From: an uncultured Gemmatimonadales bacterium
Lineage (GTDB): Bacteria > Gemmatimonadota > Gemmatimonadetes > Longimicrobiales > RSA9
DNA: 64,000 nt
Assembly (NCBI GenBank): GCA_963708135.1
Contig: OY970192.1
Location: 1,920,001 to 1,984,000 of the forward strand
Direction of reading: 5' to 3'
Shown: one piece after another, positions 43,811 to 55,727 of the stretch
Numbering within the stretch: position 1 is the stretch's first letter
Layout of the letters: each line of letters opens with the position of its first letter
Notes under the pieces: model-generated
Seen by the model: the letters and a program-made list of their open reading frames with translations, nothing else
Database searches by the model: none
What the model was told of the DNA's origin: nothing
Position numbers and translations under genes: made by a program

Positions 43811-44589
43811 CAGGCGCGGTTCCTCGAATCCAGGAACCGGCGCACGCCCTCCCGGCAGTCGGGAGTCCCGCGGGCGAGCACGTTGACCTCGGCGCCGCGG
43901 GCAATGGCCTCCTCGAAGGATGTGCCGTCGATGCCGTATAGGAGGCGCTTGATGAGGCGCAGCGCATCGGGGGATCGGGAGGCGAGGTCGCGGACGTACT
44001 CGAGGACGTCGGCCTCGAAGCTCTCCGTGGCGAGGACGCGGTTCACGAGGCCGAGACGCCGCGCCTCCTCGGCGTCGATCCGCTCACCACGCGCGGCGAG
44101 CTCGAAGGCGACCTTCTCGCTCGAGGTCCGGCGCAGCAGCGCCATGACCATGGCGGGCACGAAGCCGAGACGGACCTCGGGGTAGCCGAAGCGGGCATCG
44201 CGGCTGGCGAGGACGAGGTCGCAGGCGGTGGCGAGGCCCGCGCCGCCGGCGAACGCGTGGCCGTGCACGGCGGCCACGATCGGCTTGGGGTGGCGGCGCA
44301 TGGCGAGCAGCACGGCGCCGATGCGCTCGGCATCGCGCAGGTTCGTGATCGGGTCGCCACCGGCCGCGACGTGCTCGAGCTGCTCGAGGTCCGCGCCGGC
44401 GCAGAAGTCGGGACCGTCGCCGCGCAGCAGGACGACGCGTACGGCGTCGTCCTCCGCGGCGTGGTGCAGCGCGTCGCCGAGCTCGGCGAGGGTGCGGTCG
44501 TCGAGCGCGTTGCGCTTCTCGGGGCGAGCGAGGGAGAGGACGGCGATCCCGTCCACGACCTCGTAGCGGATACGCTCGAAGGCGGCCAC
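43810..44589 (-). CDS. Enoyl-CoA hydratase, methylglutaconyl-CoA hydratase (LiuC/AtuE)-like
   Basis: FCAGADL, AGGAGLATACD, FGYPEVRLGFVPA (single Glu). Confidence 0.85.
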   Translation of the reverse strand: MAAFERIRYEVVDGIAVLSLARPEKRNALDDRTLAELGDALHHAAEDDAVRVVLLRGDGPDFCAGADLEQLEHVAAGGDPITNLRDAERIGAVLLAMRRHPKPIVAAVHGHAFAGGAGLATACDLVLASRDARFGYPEVRLGFVPAMVMALLRRTSSEKVAFELAARGERIDAEEARRLGLVNRVLATESFEADVLEYVRDLASRSPDALRLIKRLLYGIDGTSFEEAIARGAEVNVLARGTPDCREGVRRFLDSRNRA

Positions 44590-44590
44590 G

Positions 44591-44938
44591 TCAGCGCCTC
44601 GCCGCCGCGGCGATCAGCTCCTCGGGCGCATCGACCTCCATGCGCAGGAGCGCGGTCGAGAAGGTCTTTCCCTGCGCGTCGGTCATCAGCGAGACCGTTC
44701 CGCCGCCGCCGAGCGCGCCGTGCAGGAGGAAGTTCAGCGCGCCCAGGTTGGGCAGCTCGAAGCGCTCGACGCCGCCGTGGACCATGCCCCGGAAGTGCTC
44801 GGCCACGCGTTCCGCCGTGACGGTCTCCGCCAGGAACGGGTAGACATCGGGGACGTTGGCGATGAGGCCGACGTTCACCGTGTCTCCCTTGTCGCCCGAC
44901 CGGGCGTGCGCCAGCTGCAGCAGTCGAATCCTCGGCAT
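44591..44938 (-). CDS. AtuA C-terminal-like small protein
   Basis: AHARSGDKGD..ERFELPNLGALNFLL..LGGGG..DAQGK. Confidence 0.85.
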   Translation of the reverse strand: MPRIRLLQLAHARSGDKGDTVNVGLIANVPDVYPFLAETVTAERVAEHFRGMVHGGVERFELPNLGALNFLLHGALGGGGTVSLMTDAQGKTFSTALLRMEVDAPEELIAAAARR

Positions 44939-44962
44939 GGGACCTCGTTCGGTGCGGACGCG

Positions 44963-45130
44963 CTACTCGCCGGCCTTCGGCGGCCTGCTCTTCTGGATCC
45001 AGCGAGGGATGAGCAGCGCGAGGATCAGGACCAGCATGACAACGGGGACAAGGATCGTCGCCGTGGCGAGGAAGCCGATGATGCCGACGATGATGAGCAA
45101 CGGGACGAGCCAGCCCGGCTTGAACCTCAT
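44963..45130 (-). CDS. 55-aa membrane peptide (absent from ORF track)
   Basis: [59 protein letters not shown] overlap with atuA stop. Confidence 0.7.
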   Translation of the reverse strand: MRFKPGWLVPLLIIVGIIGFLATATILVPVVMLVLILALLIPRWIQKSRPPKAGE

Positions 45131-46506
45131 GCTTCGGTCACCTCCACCCGCAGGTTCGGCTCGATCTCACGCCGGTCGATCAGCGCGGGCCAGTAGGCCA
45201 CGACCTCCTGCACGCGCGGCCGACCGCCGGCGAATCCGGTCACGGTCGGCGGGCCGGTGAGGATCAGGGGCGCGAGCTCGCGCGTGAAGCGCTCCACGCT
45301 TCCCCGCTCCGCCCCGCGCACGGCCACGCGCAGCTCGACCTCCGGCAGGTCGGCCGGGGGCGGCCCCGCGAGCGGCCCGTGCGCGGCGTTCCAGCCGACG
45401 AGCTCGGTGCGGATCTCGTCGAAGGAGAGGCCGAGCCTCTCGAGCCGCTTCCGCAGGATCCGGTCCGCCGCCTGCGCCTTGGCCACGGGATCGGGCCAGC
45501 CGTACACGAGGGTGCCCACCGCCTTGTAGCCGGTGTGGAAGGCGATGGAGACCTTGAGCATGTCGGTGCGCGGGCGTCCGCGGACGCCGTGCACGCGAAC
45601 GCGGTCGGGCCCCGCCTGCTCCAGGCGGATGGTGGTGAAGTCCGCGATGACGTCGGGCGTGATGTACTCGTGCGGGTCGCCCATCTCGTAGACGAGCTGC
45701 TCGGTGACGGTCTCGATGCCGACCCGCCCGCCGGTGCCGTCGTGCTTGGTGACCACGAAGCTGCCGTCGGCGGCGGCCTCGATGATCGGGAACCCCACGT
45801 CGGCGAGGTCCGGGATGCTCTCCCAGTCGTAGAGGCAGTTGCCGCCCGTGGCCTGGGCGCCGCACTCGTTGATGTGGCCGGCCACGACGCCGGCGGCGAT
45901 GCGGTCCCACGCGTCGGGCGCCCAGCCGAAGGACTGGATCATCGGCGCGTAGGTGAGCGCCGTGTCGGTCGAGCGGCCCGTGATCACGACGGTGGCGTCG
46001 CGGTCGAGGGCGTCCACGATCGGGGCGGCGCCGATGTAGGCGTTGGCGCTCTCGACGCGGTCGAGCACCGGCTCGAGCGGCTCGCCCGTGTCCATGTTGC
46101 GGAGCGCGTGGCCGCGGGCGATCAGGTCCGGCAGGCGGTCCAGGATGTCGTCCCCGATGATGGCGGCGACGCGGACCCTGCCGGCGAGGCCGGCGCGGCG
46201 GGCCTCGGCGAGGACGGCATCGCGGCAGCCCTCCACGTTCACGCCGCCCGCGTTGGCGACGACGCGGATCCCCCTCTCCACGCAGTCGGGCAGGATGCGG
46301 CCCATGAGCGGGACGAAGTCGCGGGCGTAGCCCTGGGCCGGGTCGCGGGCGCGTTGCTTCTGGAGGATCGACATCGTGACCTCGGCCAGGTAGTCGAGCA
46401 TCAGGAAGTCGATCGGGCCGCGCCGCACCTGCTCGACGGGCGCCTCGAGGAGGTCGCCCCAGAAGCCCTGGCCGGAGGCGATGCGGATGGTCTTGTCGTC
46501 GGTCAT
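45127..46506 (-). CDS. Acyclic terpene utilisation AtuA / DUF1446 family
   Basis: [47 protein letters not shown]. Confidence 0.9.
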   Translation of the reverse strand: MTDDKTIRIASGQGFWGDLLEAPVEQVRRGPIDFLMLDYLAEVTMSILQKQRARDPAQGYARDFVPLMGRILPDCVERGIRVVANAGGVNVEGCRDAVLAEARRAGLAGRVRVAAIIGDDILDRLPDLIARGHALRNMDTGEPLEPVLDRVESANAYIGAAPIVDALDRDATVVITGRSTDTALTYAPMIQSFGWAPDAWDRIAAGVVAGHINECGAQATGGNCLYDWESIPDLADVGFPIIEAAADGSFVVTKHDGTGGRVGIETVTEQLVYEMGDPHEYITPDVIADFTTIRLEQAGPDRVRVHGVRGRPRTDMLKVSIAFHTGYKAVGTLVYGWPDPVAKAQAADRILRKRLERLGLSFDEIRTELVGWNAAHGPLAGPPPADLPEVELRVAVRGAERGSVERFTRELAPLILTGPPTVTGFAGGRPRVQEVVAYWPALIDRREIEPNLRVEVTEA

Positions 46507-46519
46507 TGTGCCTTGCCCA

Positions 46520-48148
46520 TCAGCCGATCGGCGGGAGCGTGCCGAAGGGCCCGAGGTGCGGCCCGGGGTTGTGGAGCGCCGTGCGCAGCGCGAGCGAGAG
46601 CAGCGGCCGGGTCTCCTCGGGGAGGAGGACGGCATCGACGAAGCCGCGCGCGGCGGCGTAGCGGGCATCGAGCTGACGCTCGTAGTCGGCGCGCACGGCG
46701 TCGATCCTGGCCTGGAGCTCCGGATCCGGCTCGCGCCGCTCCTTCTTGAGCTCGTCGAGCTGCGGGCCGAACAGCGCCATGATGGCGCTCTCGCCCTCCA
46801 TGACGCCCATGCGGCCGGTGGGCCAGGTGAAGATGAAGTCGGGATCGAAGCCCTGTCCCGCCATGGCGTAGTAGCCGGCGCCGGAGGCGTGGTTGATGGT
46901 GAGCACGAGCTTGGGCACGACGGCGGTGGCCATGGCCTCCACGAAGCGGGCGCCGGCGCGGATGATTCCCGACTGCTCGGCGTCCGGGCCGACCATGAAG
47001 CCGCTGACGTCCTGGACGAAGAGGAGCGGCGTGCCCTGGCGGCTCATGGTCTCGATGAAGAAGGCGACCTTCTCGGCGCTGTCCGTATAGACGATGCCAC
47101 CGAACCTGGGCGGCCCACCGGCGAGGTCCTTCAGCATGCCGCGCACGTTGGCGATGACGCCGACCGTGATGCCGTCCAGACGGGCGGTGCCACACAGCAT
47201 CTCAGGCGCGAAGTCGGCCTGGAACTCGTCGATGTCACCGCCGTCCAGCAGACAGGCGAGGACCTCGCGCATCTCGTAGGGCTGGCGGTGGTCGGGAGGG
47301 AGCAGCTCGTAGAGCTCGGCGGCGTCCCGCGCGGGCGGGGCCGGCGCGGCGCCGCGCGGTGGCGACGTCGCCGGCGGCAGCTCGGCAACGAGCTCGCGGA
47401 TGCGTGCGACGCAGGTGCGGTCGTCGGGGAGCCGGTAATGCGCCACGCCGCTCACGGCGTTGTGCATCCAGGCGCCGCCAAGCTCCTCGGCCTCGACGCT
47501 CTGCCCGGTGGCCCCCTTCACGAGGTTGGGGCCGCCCAGCCCCATGAAGCTCGTGCCCTCGACCATGAGGATGAAATCCGAGAGCGCGGGCAGGTAGGCG
47601 CCACCCGCGATGCACGGCCCCATCACCGCGGCGATCTGCGGCACGTGCAGGTAGCGCCGCATGAGCGAGTTGTAGTAGAAGATCCGGCTGGCGCCGTACT
47701 GGCCGGGGAAGACGCCGCCCTGGTAGGGCAGGTTCACGCCGGCGGAGTCCACGAGGTAGACGATGGGCACGCGCGAGCGCATCGCGATCTCCTGCGCGCG
47801 CAGCATCTTCTTGATCGTCTCGGGCCACCATGAGCCGGCCTTCACCGTGGCGTCGTTGGCCACGACCACGACGGGCCGGTCGTGCACCGTCCCGACGCCC
47901 GTGACGACCCCCGCAGCCGGTGCCTGGCCGTCGTACTCGTCCCACGCCACCAGCAGGCCGACCTCGAGAAACGGCGCGCCGGGGTCGAGCAGCAGCGCGA
48001 TCCGCTCCCGCGCGGTGAGCTTACCCTGCTTGTGCTGCCGCTCGATCTTCTCCGCGCCGCCGCCTTCCCGCAGCTCGGCCCGGAGCGTCTCCAGCTCCGC
48101 CGCCATTCGCCGCAGGCGCGGGGCCGCCGCCTCAGTGCTGCCGGGCAC
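46520..48148 (-). CDS. Acyl-CoA carboxylase carboxyltransferase (MCC beta-like)
   Basis: [29 protein letters not shown]. Confidence 0.92.
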   Translation of the reverse strand: MPGSTEAAAPRLRRMAAELETLRAELREGGGAEKIERQHKQGKLTARERIALLLDPGAPFLEVGLLVAWDEYDGQAPAAGVVTGVGTVHDRPVVVVANDATVKAGSWWPETIKKMLRAQEIAMRSRVPIVYLVDSAGVNLPYQGGVFPGQYGASRIFYYNSLMRRYLHVPQIAAVMGPCIAGGAYLPALSDFILMVEGTSFMGLGGPNLVKGATGQSVEAEELGGAWMHNAVSGVAHYRLPDDRTCVARIRELVAELPPATSPPRGAAPAPPARDAAELYELLPPDHRQPYEMREVLACLLDGGDIDEFQADFAPEMLCGTARLDGITVGVIANVRGMLKDLAGGPPRFGGIVYTDSAEKVAFFIETMSRQGTPLLFVQDVSGFMVGPDAEQSGIIRAGARFVEAMATAVVPKLVLTINHASGAGYYAMAGQGFDPDFIFTWPTGRMGVMEGESAIMALFGPQLDELKKERREPDPELQARIDAVRADYERQLDARYAAARGFVDAVLLPEETRPLLSLALRTALHNPGPHLGPFGTLPPIG

Positions 48149-48551
48149 GGCCGTGCTCGGCGAACCAGCTGCGCACGAACTCGACGGGCGCGGTCGTCGG
48201 CGTGCCGGGGCCGAACAGCTTGCCCACGCCCTCCGCCTCGAGCGAGCGTATGTCCTCCTCCGGCATGATCCCGCCGCCGATCACCAGCACGTCCTCGAGG
48301 CCCTCCGCGCGGAGCAGCTCCAGGATGCGCGGGAACAGCGTCATGTGCGCCCCCGACAGGATGGACAGGGCGACGACGTCCACGTCCTCCTGGAGCGCGG
48401 CGTTCGCGATCATCTCCGGCGTCTGGTGCAGCCCGGTGTAGACGACCTCGAAGCCCGCGTCCCGCATCGCGCTGGCAATCACCTTCGCGCCGCGATCGTG
48501 GCCGTCCAGCCCGGGCTTGGCCACGAGCACGCGTATCTTGCGTTCGTCCAT
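48132..48551 (-). CDS. Cobalamin-binding small subunit of acyl-CoA mutase (IcmB-like)
   Basis: [22 protein letters not shown]. Confidence 0.92.
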   Translation of the reverse strand: MDERKIRVLVAKPGLDGHDRGAKVIASAMRDAGFEVVYTGLHQTPEMIANAALQEDVDVVALSILSGAHMTLFPRILELLRAEGLEDVLVIGGGIMPEEDIRSLEAEGVGKLFGPGTPTTAPVEFVRSWFAEHGRARQH

Positions 48552-48601
48552 GATCCCGTGGGGTTCGGATCCCGCCGATCGGACGCCCGATCGGTGGGGA
48601 A

Positions 48602-48630
48602 AAGCTATGCCCCGGACCGGGGGCCGGCAA
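48602..48630 (-). promoter_or_regulatory. Promoter TTGCCG-17-TAGCTT for the small subunit-carboxylase-atuA operon
   Basis: Read directly. Confidence 0.55.
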
Positions 48631-48672
48631 GAAAAGGGGACAACCGACGCGTGCGCCGGCGGTCGGGCGGCC

Positions 48673-48836
48673 AGTGGACCGTATCCGAAGTAGCGATGGC
48701 ATTCGCCGGCGGATCGGACGCGACCCGCCGCGTTGCTCGTCGTCGAAATAGCGCTGCTATTCCTTCCTCCTCGCGCCTTGCGCTTCGCGCCCGCTCCGCC
48801 GGCTCGGTGCTCACCGAACTTCAGATACGGTCCACT
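48673..48836. mobile_element. ERIC-like palindromic MITE, 164 bp
   Basis: 18/19 terminal inverted repeats AGTGGACCGTATC(C/T)GAAGT; nested internal stems; CCAG/CTAG ends. Confidence 0.65.
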
Positions 48837-49614
48837 AGTTCCTCGCCACCGCGATGAGCCGGGGCGAGGTGCGGCGGAGCGGCTGGCCGCCCCAATCGCC
48901 GCAATAGGCGATGGCGCCGAATCCGGCGGCGCGCAGCAGGCCGTCGATCTCCGTGGCGCTGCGCAGGCGCAGAGCGTGGCGCTTCTCGCCGTGCTCGGCG
49001 CCGCGGCGCCAGCGGAGGCGCTCGCTGCTGACGCCGGTGAGCGGATCGAAGCGGCGGCGGACGCGCACCTCGGTTCCGTCGGGCAGGGTCCAGGCGTCGC
49101 GCTCGGCGTAGTGGGCGACGACGTCGTCGCGGTGCATGCTCTCGAGGAGGAGCGCGCCGCCCGGCCGCAGCACGCGCCGCATCTCGGCGAGCGCGCGGAG
49201 GTCCTCCTCGTCGCGGAGGAAGAGCCCGAGGCTCGTGAAGACGTTGACGACGGCATCGAAGGCGGCGTCGCGGAAGGGGAGCGCGCGCAGATCGGCGGCT
49301 GCGGCCGGCGGCGGGCCGGCGGCGGGCGCTGCCTCGTCGCCTTCCATGGCGGGGCGGCGGCCGCGGCGCAGGAGCGGGAGCGAGAGGTCCGCGCCGAAGG
49401 CGCGGATGCCGGCCTCGCCGAAGAGGCGGGTGTGGCGTCCCCAGCCGCAGGGGACGTCGAGGATGCGCGCGCCGGCGGGCAGCCCGAGCAGCTCGATCAT
49501 GGCACCTGCCTCGCGGCGGCTCTCGGCCTCGGGGAACAGCGGATCGTGGAGCGCGAAGTAGGCGTCGTCGAAGAAGTCGCGCCACCACCCCTCGCGGGCG
49601 GGCGGCACGCTCAC
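48835..49614 (-). CDS. Class I SAM-dependent methyltransferase
   Basis: [28 protein letters not shown]. Confidence 0.9.
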   Translation of the reverse strand: MSVPPAREGWWRDFFDDAYFALHDPLFPEAESRREAGAMIELLGLPAGARILDVPCGWGRHTRLFGEAGIRAFGADLSLPLLRRGRRPAMEGDEAAPAAGPPPAAAADLRALPFRDAAFDAVVNVFTSLGLFLRDEEDLRALAEMRRVLRPGGALLLESMHRDDVVAHYAERDAWTLPDGTEVRVRRRFDPLTGVSSERLRWRRGAEHGEKRHALRLRSATEIDGLLRAAGFGAIAYCGDWGGQPLRRTSPRLIAVARN

Positions 49615-50966
49615 GGCGGGGCCTGCTCTCCGTCGTCGGGCGGAGCGGCGGGCTCGAGCCGGAGGAGCAGGCGGGAGACGCGTCGCCCGTCCATGGTGAG
49701 GACGCGGAACGAGCCGCGCTCGAAGCGAACCTCGTCCCCGGGGCGGCCGAGTCGGCCGAGGCGGCCGAGCACGTAGCCGGCGACGGTGGTGTACTCGGTT
49801 TCCGGCAGCCCGAGCCCGTAGCGCTCGTTCAGCTCCGCGATCGGCAGCGTGCCGCTGAGCCGCACGTCGCCGGAGGGGAGCTCCTCGAGGGCGTGGGCGA
49901 GGGTCTCGTGCTCGTCGGCAATCTCGCCGACGATCTCCTCGAGCAGGTCCTCGATGGTCAGGATCCCGGCGGTGCCGCCGAACTCATCCACGACGACGAC
50001 GAGGTGCACCTTCCCGATCTGCATCTCGCGCAGCAGGTGCTCGAGGTCCTTCGAGTCGGGGACGAAGGGGACCGGTCGGATGAGCGGCGCGAGCGCATCG
50101 CCGCCCTCGCGCTGGGCGCGCCAGACATCGCGGGCGAGCACCACGCCGACGACCTGGTCGATCGTCTCGTGGTAGACCGGGATGCGGGAATGCCCCTCGC
50201 CCAGGATCGTCTCCGCCGCCTCCTGGAGCGTGGCGTCCTCGGGGAGCGCGATGACCTCGGTCCGGGGCGTCATGACCTCGGCGGCGGTCGTCTCGGAGAG
50301 GTCGAAGACGCCCCGGATCATCTCGACGGGCTCCTCTGCCAGCAGCCCGTGCTCGTAGCTCTGGGTGAGGAGCATCTCGATCTCCTCGGGGCGGTGTACG
50401 CGCTCCATCTCGCGGGGAGCGTGCAGCCCCAGCATCCGGAGCACGAGGTTCGCGGCGCCGTTCAGGGTGGCGATGAAGGGGGAGAAGACGCGCGAGAAGC
50501 CGATCAGCGGGCCGGCGGTCCACATGCTCGTGGCCTCGGGGAAGAGGAGCGCGAGCGCCTTGGGCGCGAGCTCGCCGAGCACGATGTGGAGGAAGGTGAT
50601 GATGGCGAAGGCGATGGCGGCGGCCACGCCGTGGATCGCGATCACGTTGAGGGGCGACGGCAGCCGGGTGAAGGCGTGGGCGAGGAGCGTCGCCATCGTG
50701 GTCTCGCCGATCCAGCCGAGGCCGAGGGAGGCGAGAGTGATGCCGAACTGCGTGCCGGAGATGTAGTGGTCGAGGCGGTGGATGACCACGCGCGCCAAGC
50801 GCGCGCGGTGGCTGCCGCGGCGGGCCTCGGCCTCGATGCGCGTGCGCCGCGCACCGACCAGGCCGAACTCCGCGGCCACGAAGAAGGCGTTGGCGAGGAC
50901 CAGCAGGATGACGGCGAGGAGCCGGAGCGAGACCTGGCCCCAGGTGAGGGTGGCGACCGGCTCCAT
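49611..50966 (-). CDS. Hemolysin/CNNM (DUF21-CBS-CorC) family protein
   Basis: NAFFVAAEF, GELAPK, HSRIPVY, VDEFGG, EDLLEEIVGEI. Confidence 0.93.
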   Translation of the reverse strand: MEPVATLTWGQVSLRLLAVILLVLANAFFVAAEFGLVGARRTRIEAEARRGSHRARLARVVIHRLDHYISGTQFGITLASLGLGWIGETTMATLLAHAFTRLPSPLNVIAIHGVAAAIAFAIITFLHIVLGELAPKALALLFPEATSMWTAGPLIGFSRVFSPFIATLNGAANLVLRMLGLHAPREMERVHRPEEIEMLLTQSYEHGLLAEEPVEMIRGVFDLSETTAAEVMTPRTEVIALPEDATLQEAAETILGEGHSRIPVYHETIDQVVGVVLARDVWRAQREGGDALAPLIRPVPFVPDSKDLEHLLREMQIGKVHLVVVVDEFGGTAGILTIEDLLEEIVGEIADEHETLAHALEELPSGDVRLSGTLPIAELNERYGLGLPETEYTTVAGYVLGRLGRLGRPGDEVRFERGSFRVLTMDGRRVSRLLLRLEPAAPPDDGEQAPP

Positions 50967-51007
50967 CGCCTACGCGGCCGGGCCGCCCCGCCCGCGCGCC
51001 TCCCGCA

Positions 51008-52723
<1,716 letters not shown>

Positions 52724-52768
52724 TCGCTCATCATCCCCTGGAGTTGCGCTCCGGAATCCCCTCGGCTC

Positions 52769-53971
52769 CTACCCCAGCGCGGCGCGCACGATTCGAGCCG
52801 ACACCTCGTACGGCGTGGTCTCCCCCGCCTCGAGCGCATCCATCGCCTCCGCGAGCATGGCATCCCCTCCACGCTCCTCCCATGTCACGCGCGCCAGCGC
52901 CCGCTCGACCGTCTCCCGCACCCGCCGCGCGAGCCGCTCGCGGCGACGCTTCGCCAGCGTGCCGCTCTCCGCGAGCCAGCGCCAGTGCTCGTCCAGCGCG
53001 CCGGCGAGCGCGTCGATCCCTTTCCCTTCCGACGCGATCGTCTCGAACACCGGAATCTCCCACGAGGCCTGCGCGCTTCCGCCGGCGATGCCCTCCGGGC
53101 CGGTTTCCCCGCCGTCGGGCCCCGCCGGCGCGAGCCCCGCACGGGCGCCGGCCCGCCCCTCCTCCGCGACAGCCGGACCGCTCGGTCCCGACCCCGGGGC
53201 GCCACCCGCCGAGCCCGGAACCACCGAGGCCGCCGCGCCGTGATGGCCGCTCGCGCCGGGCGGGCGCCGGCGCCGGCGGGGGCCGGAGCCCTCCCGCAGG
53301 TGGAGCATCATCTCGAGGTCCTTCACGAGACGCTGCGCACCCGGGCGGTCCGCCTTGTTCACCACGAAGACGTCGGAGATCTCCATGAGCCCGGCCTTCA
53401 TGGCCTGGATCGCATCACCGGACTCGGGGACCAGCACGACCACCGTCGTGTCCGCGGCCTGCGCGATGTCGAGCTCGGACTGGCCGACGCCGACGGTCTC
53501 GACCAGGAGGCGGTCGAAGCCGAAGGCGTCCATCACGTCGGCCACTTCCTTGGTGGTGACGGCGAGCCCGCCCAGCGAGCCGCGCGTGGCCATGGAGCGG
53601 ATGAAGACGCCGGCGTCCATGCCGACGTCGTTCATGCGCACGCGGTCGCCCAGCAGCGCGCCGCCGGTGAAGGGGGAGGTGGGGTCGACCGCGACGACGC
53701 CCACGCGCTCGCCCCGCGCCCGGTACCGGCGGATCAGCTCCGCGGTCAGCGTGGACTTCCCCGCCCCGGGCGGCCCCGTGATGCCGATCCGGTGGGCGCC
53801 GCCGAGCCGGGGGTGCAGGCGGTGCATCAGGGCCTGGAAGCCCTCGCTTCGGTCCTCGACGACGGAGATGGCGCGAGCCAGCGCCGTGCGGCGGCCCTGG
53901 CCGAAGGCCTCGAGGAGCGCCGCGAAGGGCTCGGCCGCCGGGGAGTCGGCTCCGCTGCTGGGCTGGATCAT
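52769..53971 (-). CDS. meaB: MeaB/ArgK GTPase chaperone of B12 mutases
   Basis: GPPGAGKST, GGALLGDRVRM, ETVGVGQSE, NKAD. Confidence 0.93.
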   Translation of the reverse strand: MIQPSSGADSPAAEPFAALLEAFGQGRRTALARAISVVEDRSEGFQALMHRLHPRLGGAHRIGITGPPGAGKSTLTAELIRRYRARGERVGVVAVDPTSPFTGGALLGDRVRMNDVGMDAGVFIRSMATRGSLGGLAVTTKEVADVMDAFGFDRLLVETVGVGQSELDIAQAADTTVVVLVPESGDAIQAMKAGLMEISDVFVVNKADRPGAQRLVKDLEMMLHLREGSGPRRRRRPPGASGHHGAAASVVPGSAGGAPGSGPSGPAVAEEGRAGARAGLAPAGPDGGETGPEGIAGGSAQASWEIPVFETIASEGKGIDALAGALDEHWRWLAESGTLAKRRRERLARRVRETVERALARVTWEERGGDAMLAEAMDALEAGETTPYEVSARIVRAALG

Positions 53972-53978
53972 CGAGGAA

Positions 53979-54007
53979 AGATTGCGCGCGCGGGAAAGGG
54001 CTGTCAA
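53979..54007 (-). promoter_or_regulatory. meaB promoter TTGACA-17-CAATCT, 7 nt before ATG
   Basis: Read directly; no SD. Confidence 0.6.
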
Positions 54008-54056
54008 ACGCGGGGGTCGGGCGCGGGCAGTTGGCGTGCGGGGCTATGGGAGGATC

Positions 54057-55727
54057 CTATTCCCTGCCCGCCTTCCCCTCCGGCGGCCTGATCCCCCTCG
54101 CATGCCGCATCGGGTTCTCGAGCAGGTGGGTGGGGATGAACAGCACGACGACGAACATGAGGAAGGCCACGACGAGGCCGGCGGCGAGGAACCAGATGCT
54201 GCGGGTGGCGAGGAAGACGACGGAGGCGATGAGGCCGACGGCGACCGCGAACAGGCTGAGCAGTACGCGTCGCACCTGGAGCAGCACGAAGCGCTCGGCG
54301 TGAATGACGTCGCGGGGGTGGACGCGGATGCGGAACTCCTCGCGCTCGGCGCGGTGCACGATCTCGCGCACGGCGCCGAACCCGCTGCGGACCTCGTCGA
54401 CGAGGCTGCGCGCCATCTCGCGGGGCTCGCGCGCCACGGCCTGGAGCAGCTCGCCCTTCATGCGGCCAACGACGGGGCGGGCGATCTCGAGGCCGTTGAA
54501 GGCGGGGTCGTAGGCGAAGCCGATTCCCTCGAGGAGCGCCGCGGCGCGGAAGAAGTAGACGAGCTCGCGGGGCAGCTGGAGCGGCCACGTGTAGAAGGTG
54601 TCCATGATCTCGTAGATCATCTCCTGAACGCGGCGGTGGCCGAGCTCGCGGGCGCGCTCGATGACCTCGAGGATCTCGCTGGCGGCGTCGCGGATCTCGG
54701 CGCGGGAGATGGCGGGGTCGATCATGCCCAGCTCGTACATCCCGTTGATCATGGAATCGAGGTCGTCGCGGGCGGCGGCGAGGGCGAGGCGCAGCAGGCG
54801 GTCGCGCACGCCCCGGCCGTACTGCACGACCATGCCCCAATCCAGGAAGACGATGGTGCCGTCCGCCTCGACCAGGATGTTGCCCGGATGCGGATCCGCG
54901 TGGACGAAGCCGTCCACCAGCATCATGCGGAGGTAGACCTCCGAGAGCGTCTCCATGAGGCGCCGGAAGTCGAGCTCTCCGGCGGCGAAGCGGTCCGCGA
55001 GCTGATTGACCTTGGTGCCCTGGACCCACTCCATGACCAGCACGCGGCGGCGGGTGAAGCGCTCCAGCACGCGCGGCGCGCGCACCCGGGGGTCGGCCTC
55101 GAAGTGCTGGTGGAAGAGGGTCATGTGCACGGCCTCCTCCCGGAAGTCCATCTCCTCGCGGACCTTGACGCTGAACTCGCGCACCACGTTCGTGAGCGCG
55201 CGCACGTGGTGGTTGGGGAAGAACACGTTGAGGAAGAAGAGGATCCGGAAGGAGATGTCGAGATCGACGGCGACGAGCTCCTCGACGCCGGGACGGAGCA
55301 CCTTGACCGCGACCCGTTCGCCATCGACCCGGGCCGGGTGGACCTGGCCCAGGCTGGCGGCCGCGACGGGAGTCCGGTCGAACTCCTCGAATAGCGACGC
55401 CACGGGAGCGCCGAGCTCCGCCTCGATGACCGCCTCGATGGCGCCCGCATCGTCCGGCGGGACGCGATCCTGCAGGGTGCCGATGGCCGAGAGATAGGGC
55501 TCGGGCAGGATGTCGGCCCGCGCGCTGAACACCTGCGCCAGCTTGATGAAGGTGGGCCCGAGGCGGGCGATGGTGGCGGCCAGCCGGCGGGCGCGGCGCG
55601 CGTGCGCCTCGGGCGAGGCGACCCGGCCGGCGCCGAACAGGACCCAGCGGCGGCGGTCGCGCAGGAAGGCGAGGACGAAGGGGACGAGCCGGAAGAAGAT
55701 GATCCAGCCGCGTCGCCAGCGGCTCAT
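54057..55727 (-). CDS. ABC1/UbiB (AarF) atypical kinase
   Basis: GPTFIKLAQ, AAASLGQVH, VAVKV, HADPHPGN, DWGM; two C-terminal TMs. Confidence 0.93.
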   Translation of the reverse strand: MSRWRRGWIIFFRLVPFVLAFLRDRRRWVLFGAGRVASPEAHARRARRLAATIARLGPTFIKLAQVFSARADILPEPYLSAIGTLQDRVPPDDAGAIEAVIEAELGAPVASLFEEFDRTPVAAASLGQVHPARVDGERVAVKVLRPGVEELVAVDLDISFRILFFLNVFFPNHHVRALTNVVREFSVKVREEMDFREEAVHMTLFHQHFEADPRVRAPRVLERFTRRRVLVMEWVQGTKVNQLADRFAAGELDFRRLMETLSEVYLRMMLVDGFVHADPHPGNILVEADGTIVFLDWGMVVQYGRGVRDRLLRLALAAARDDLDSMINGMYELGMIDPAISRAEIRDAASEILEVIERARELGHRRVQEMIYEIMDTFYTWPLQLPRELVYFFRAAALLEGIGFAYDPAFNGLEIARPVVGRMKGELLQAVAREPREMARSLVDEVRSGFGAVREIVHRAEREEFRIRVHPRDVIHAERFVLLQVRRVLLSLFAVAVGLIASVVFLATRSIWFLAAGLVVAFLMFVVVLFIPTHLLENPMRHARGIRPPEGKAGRE

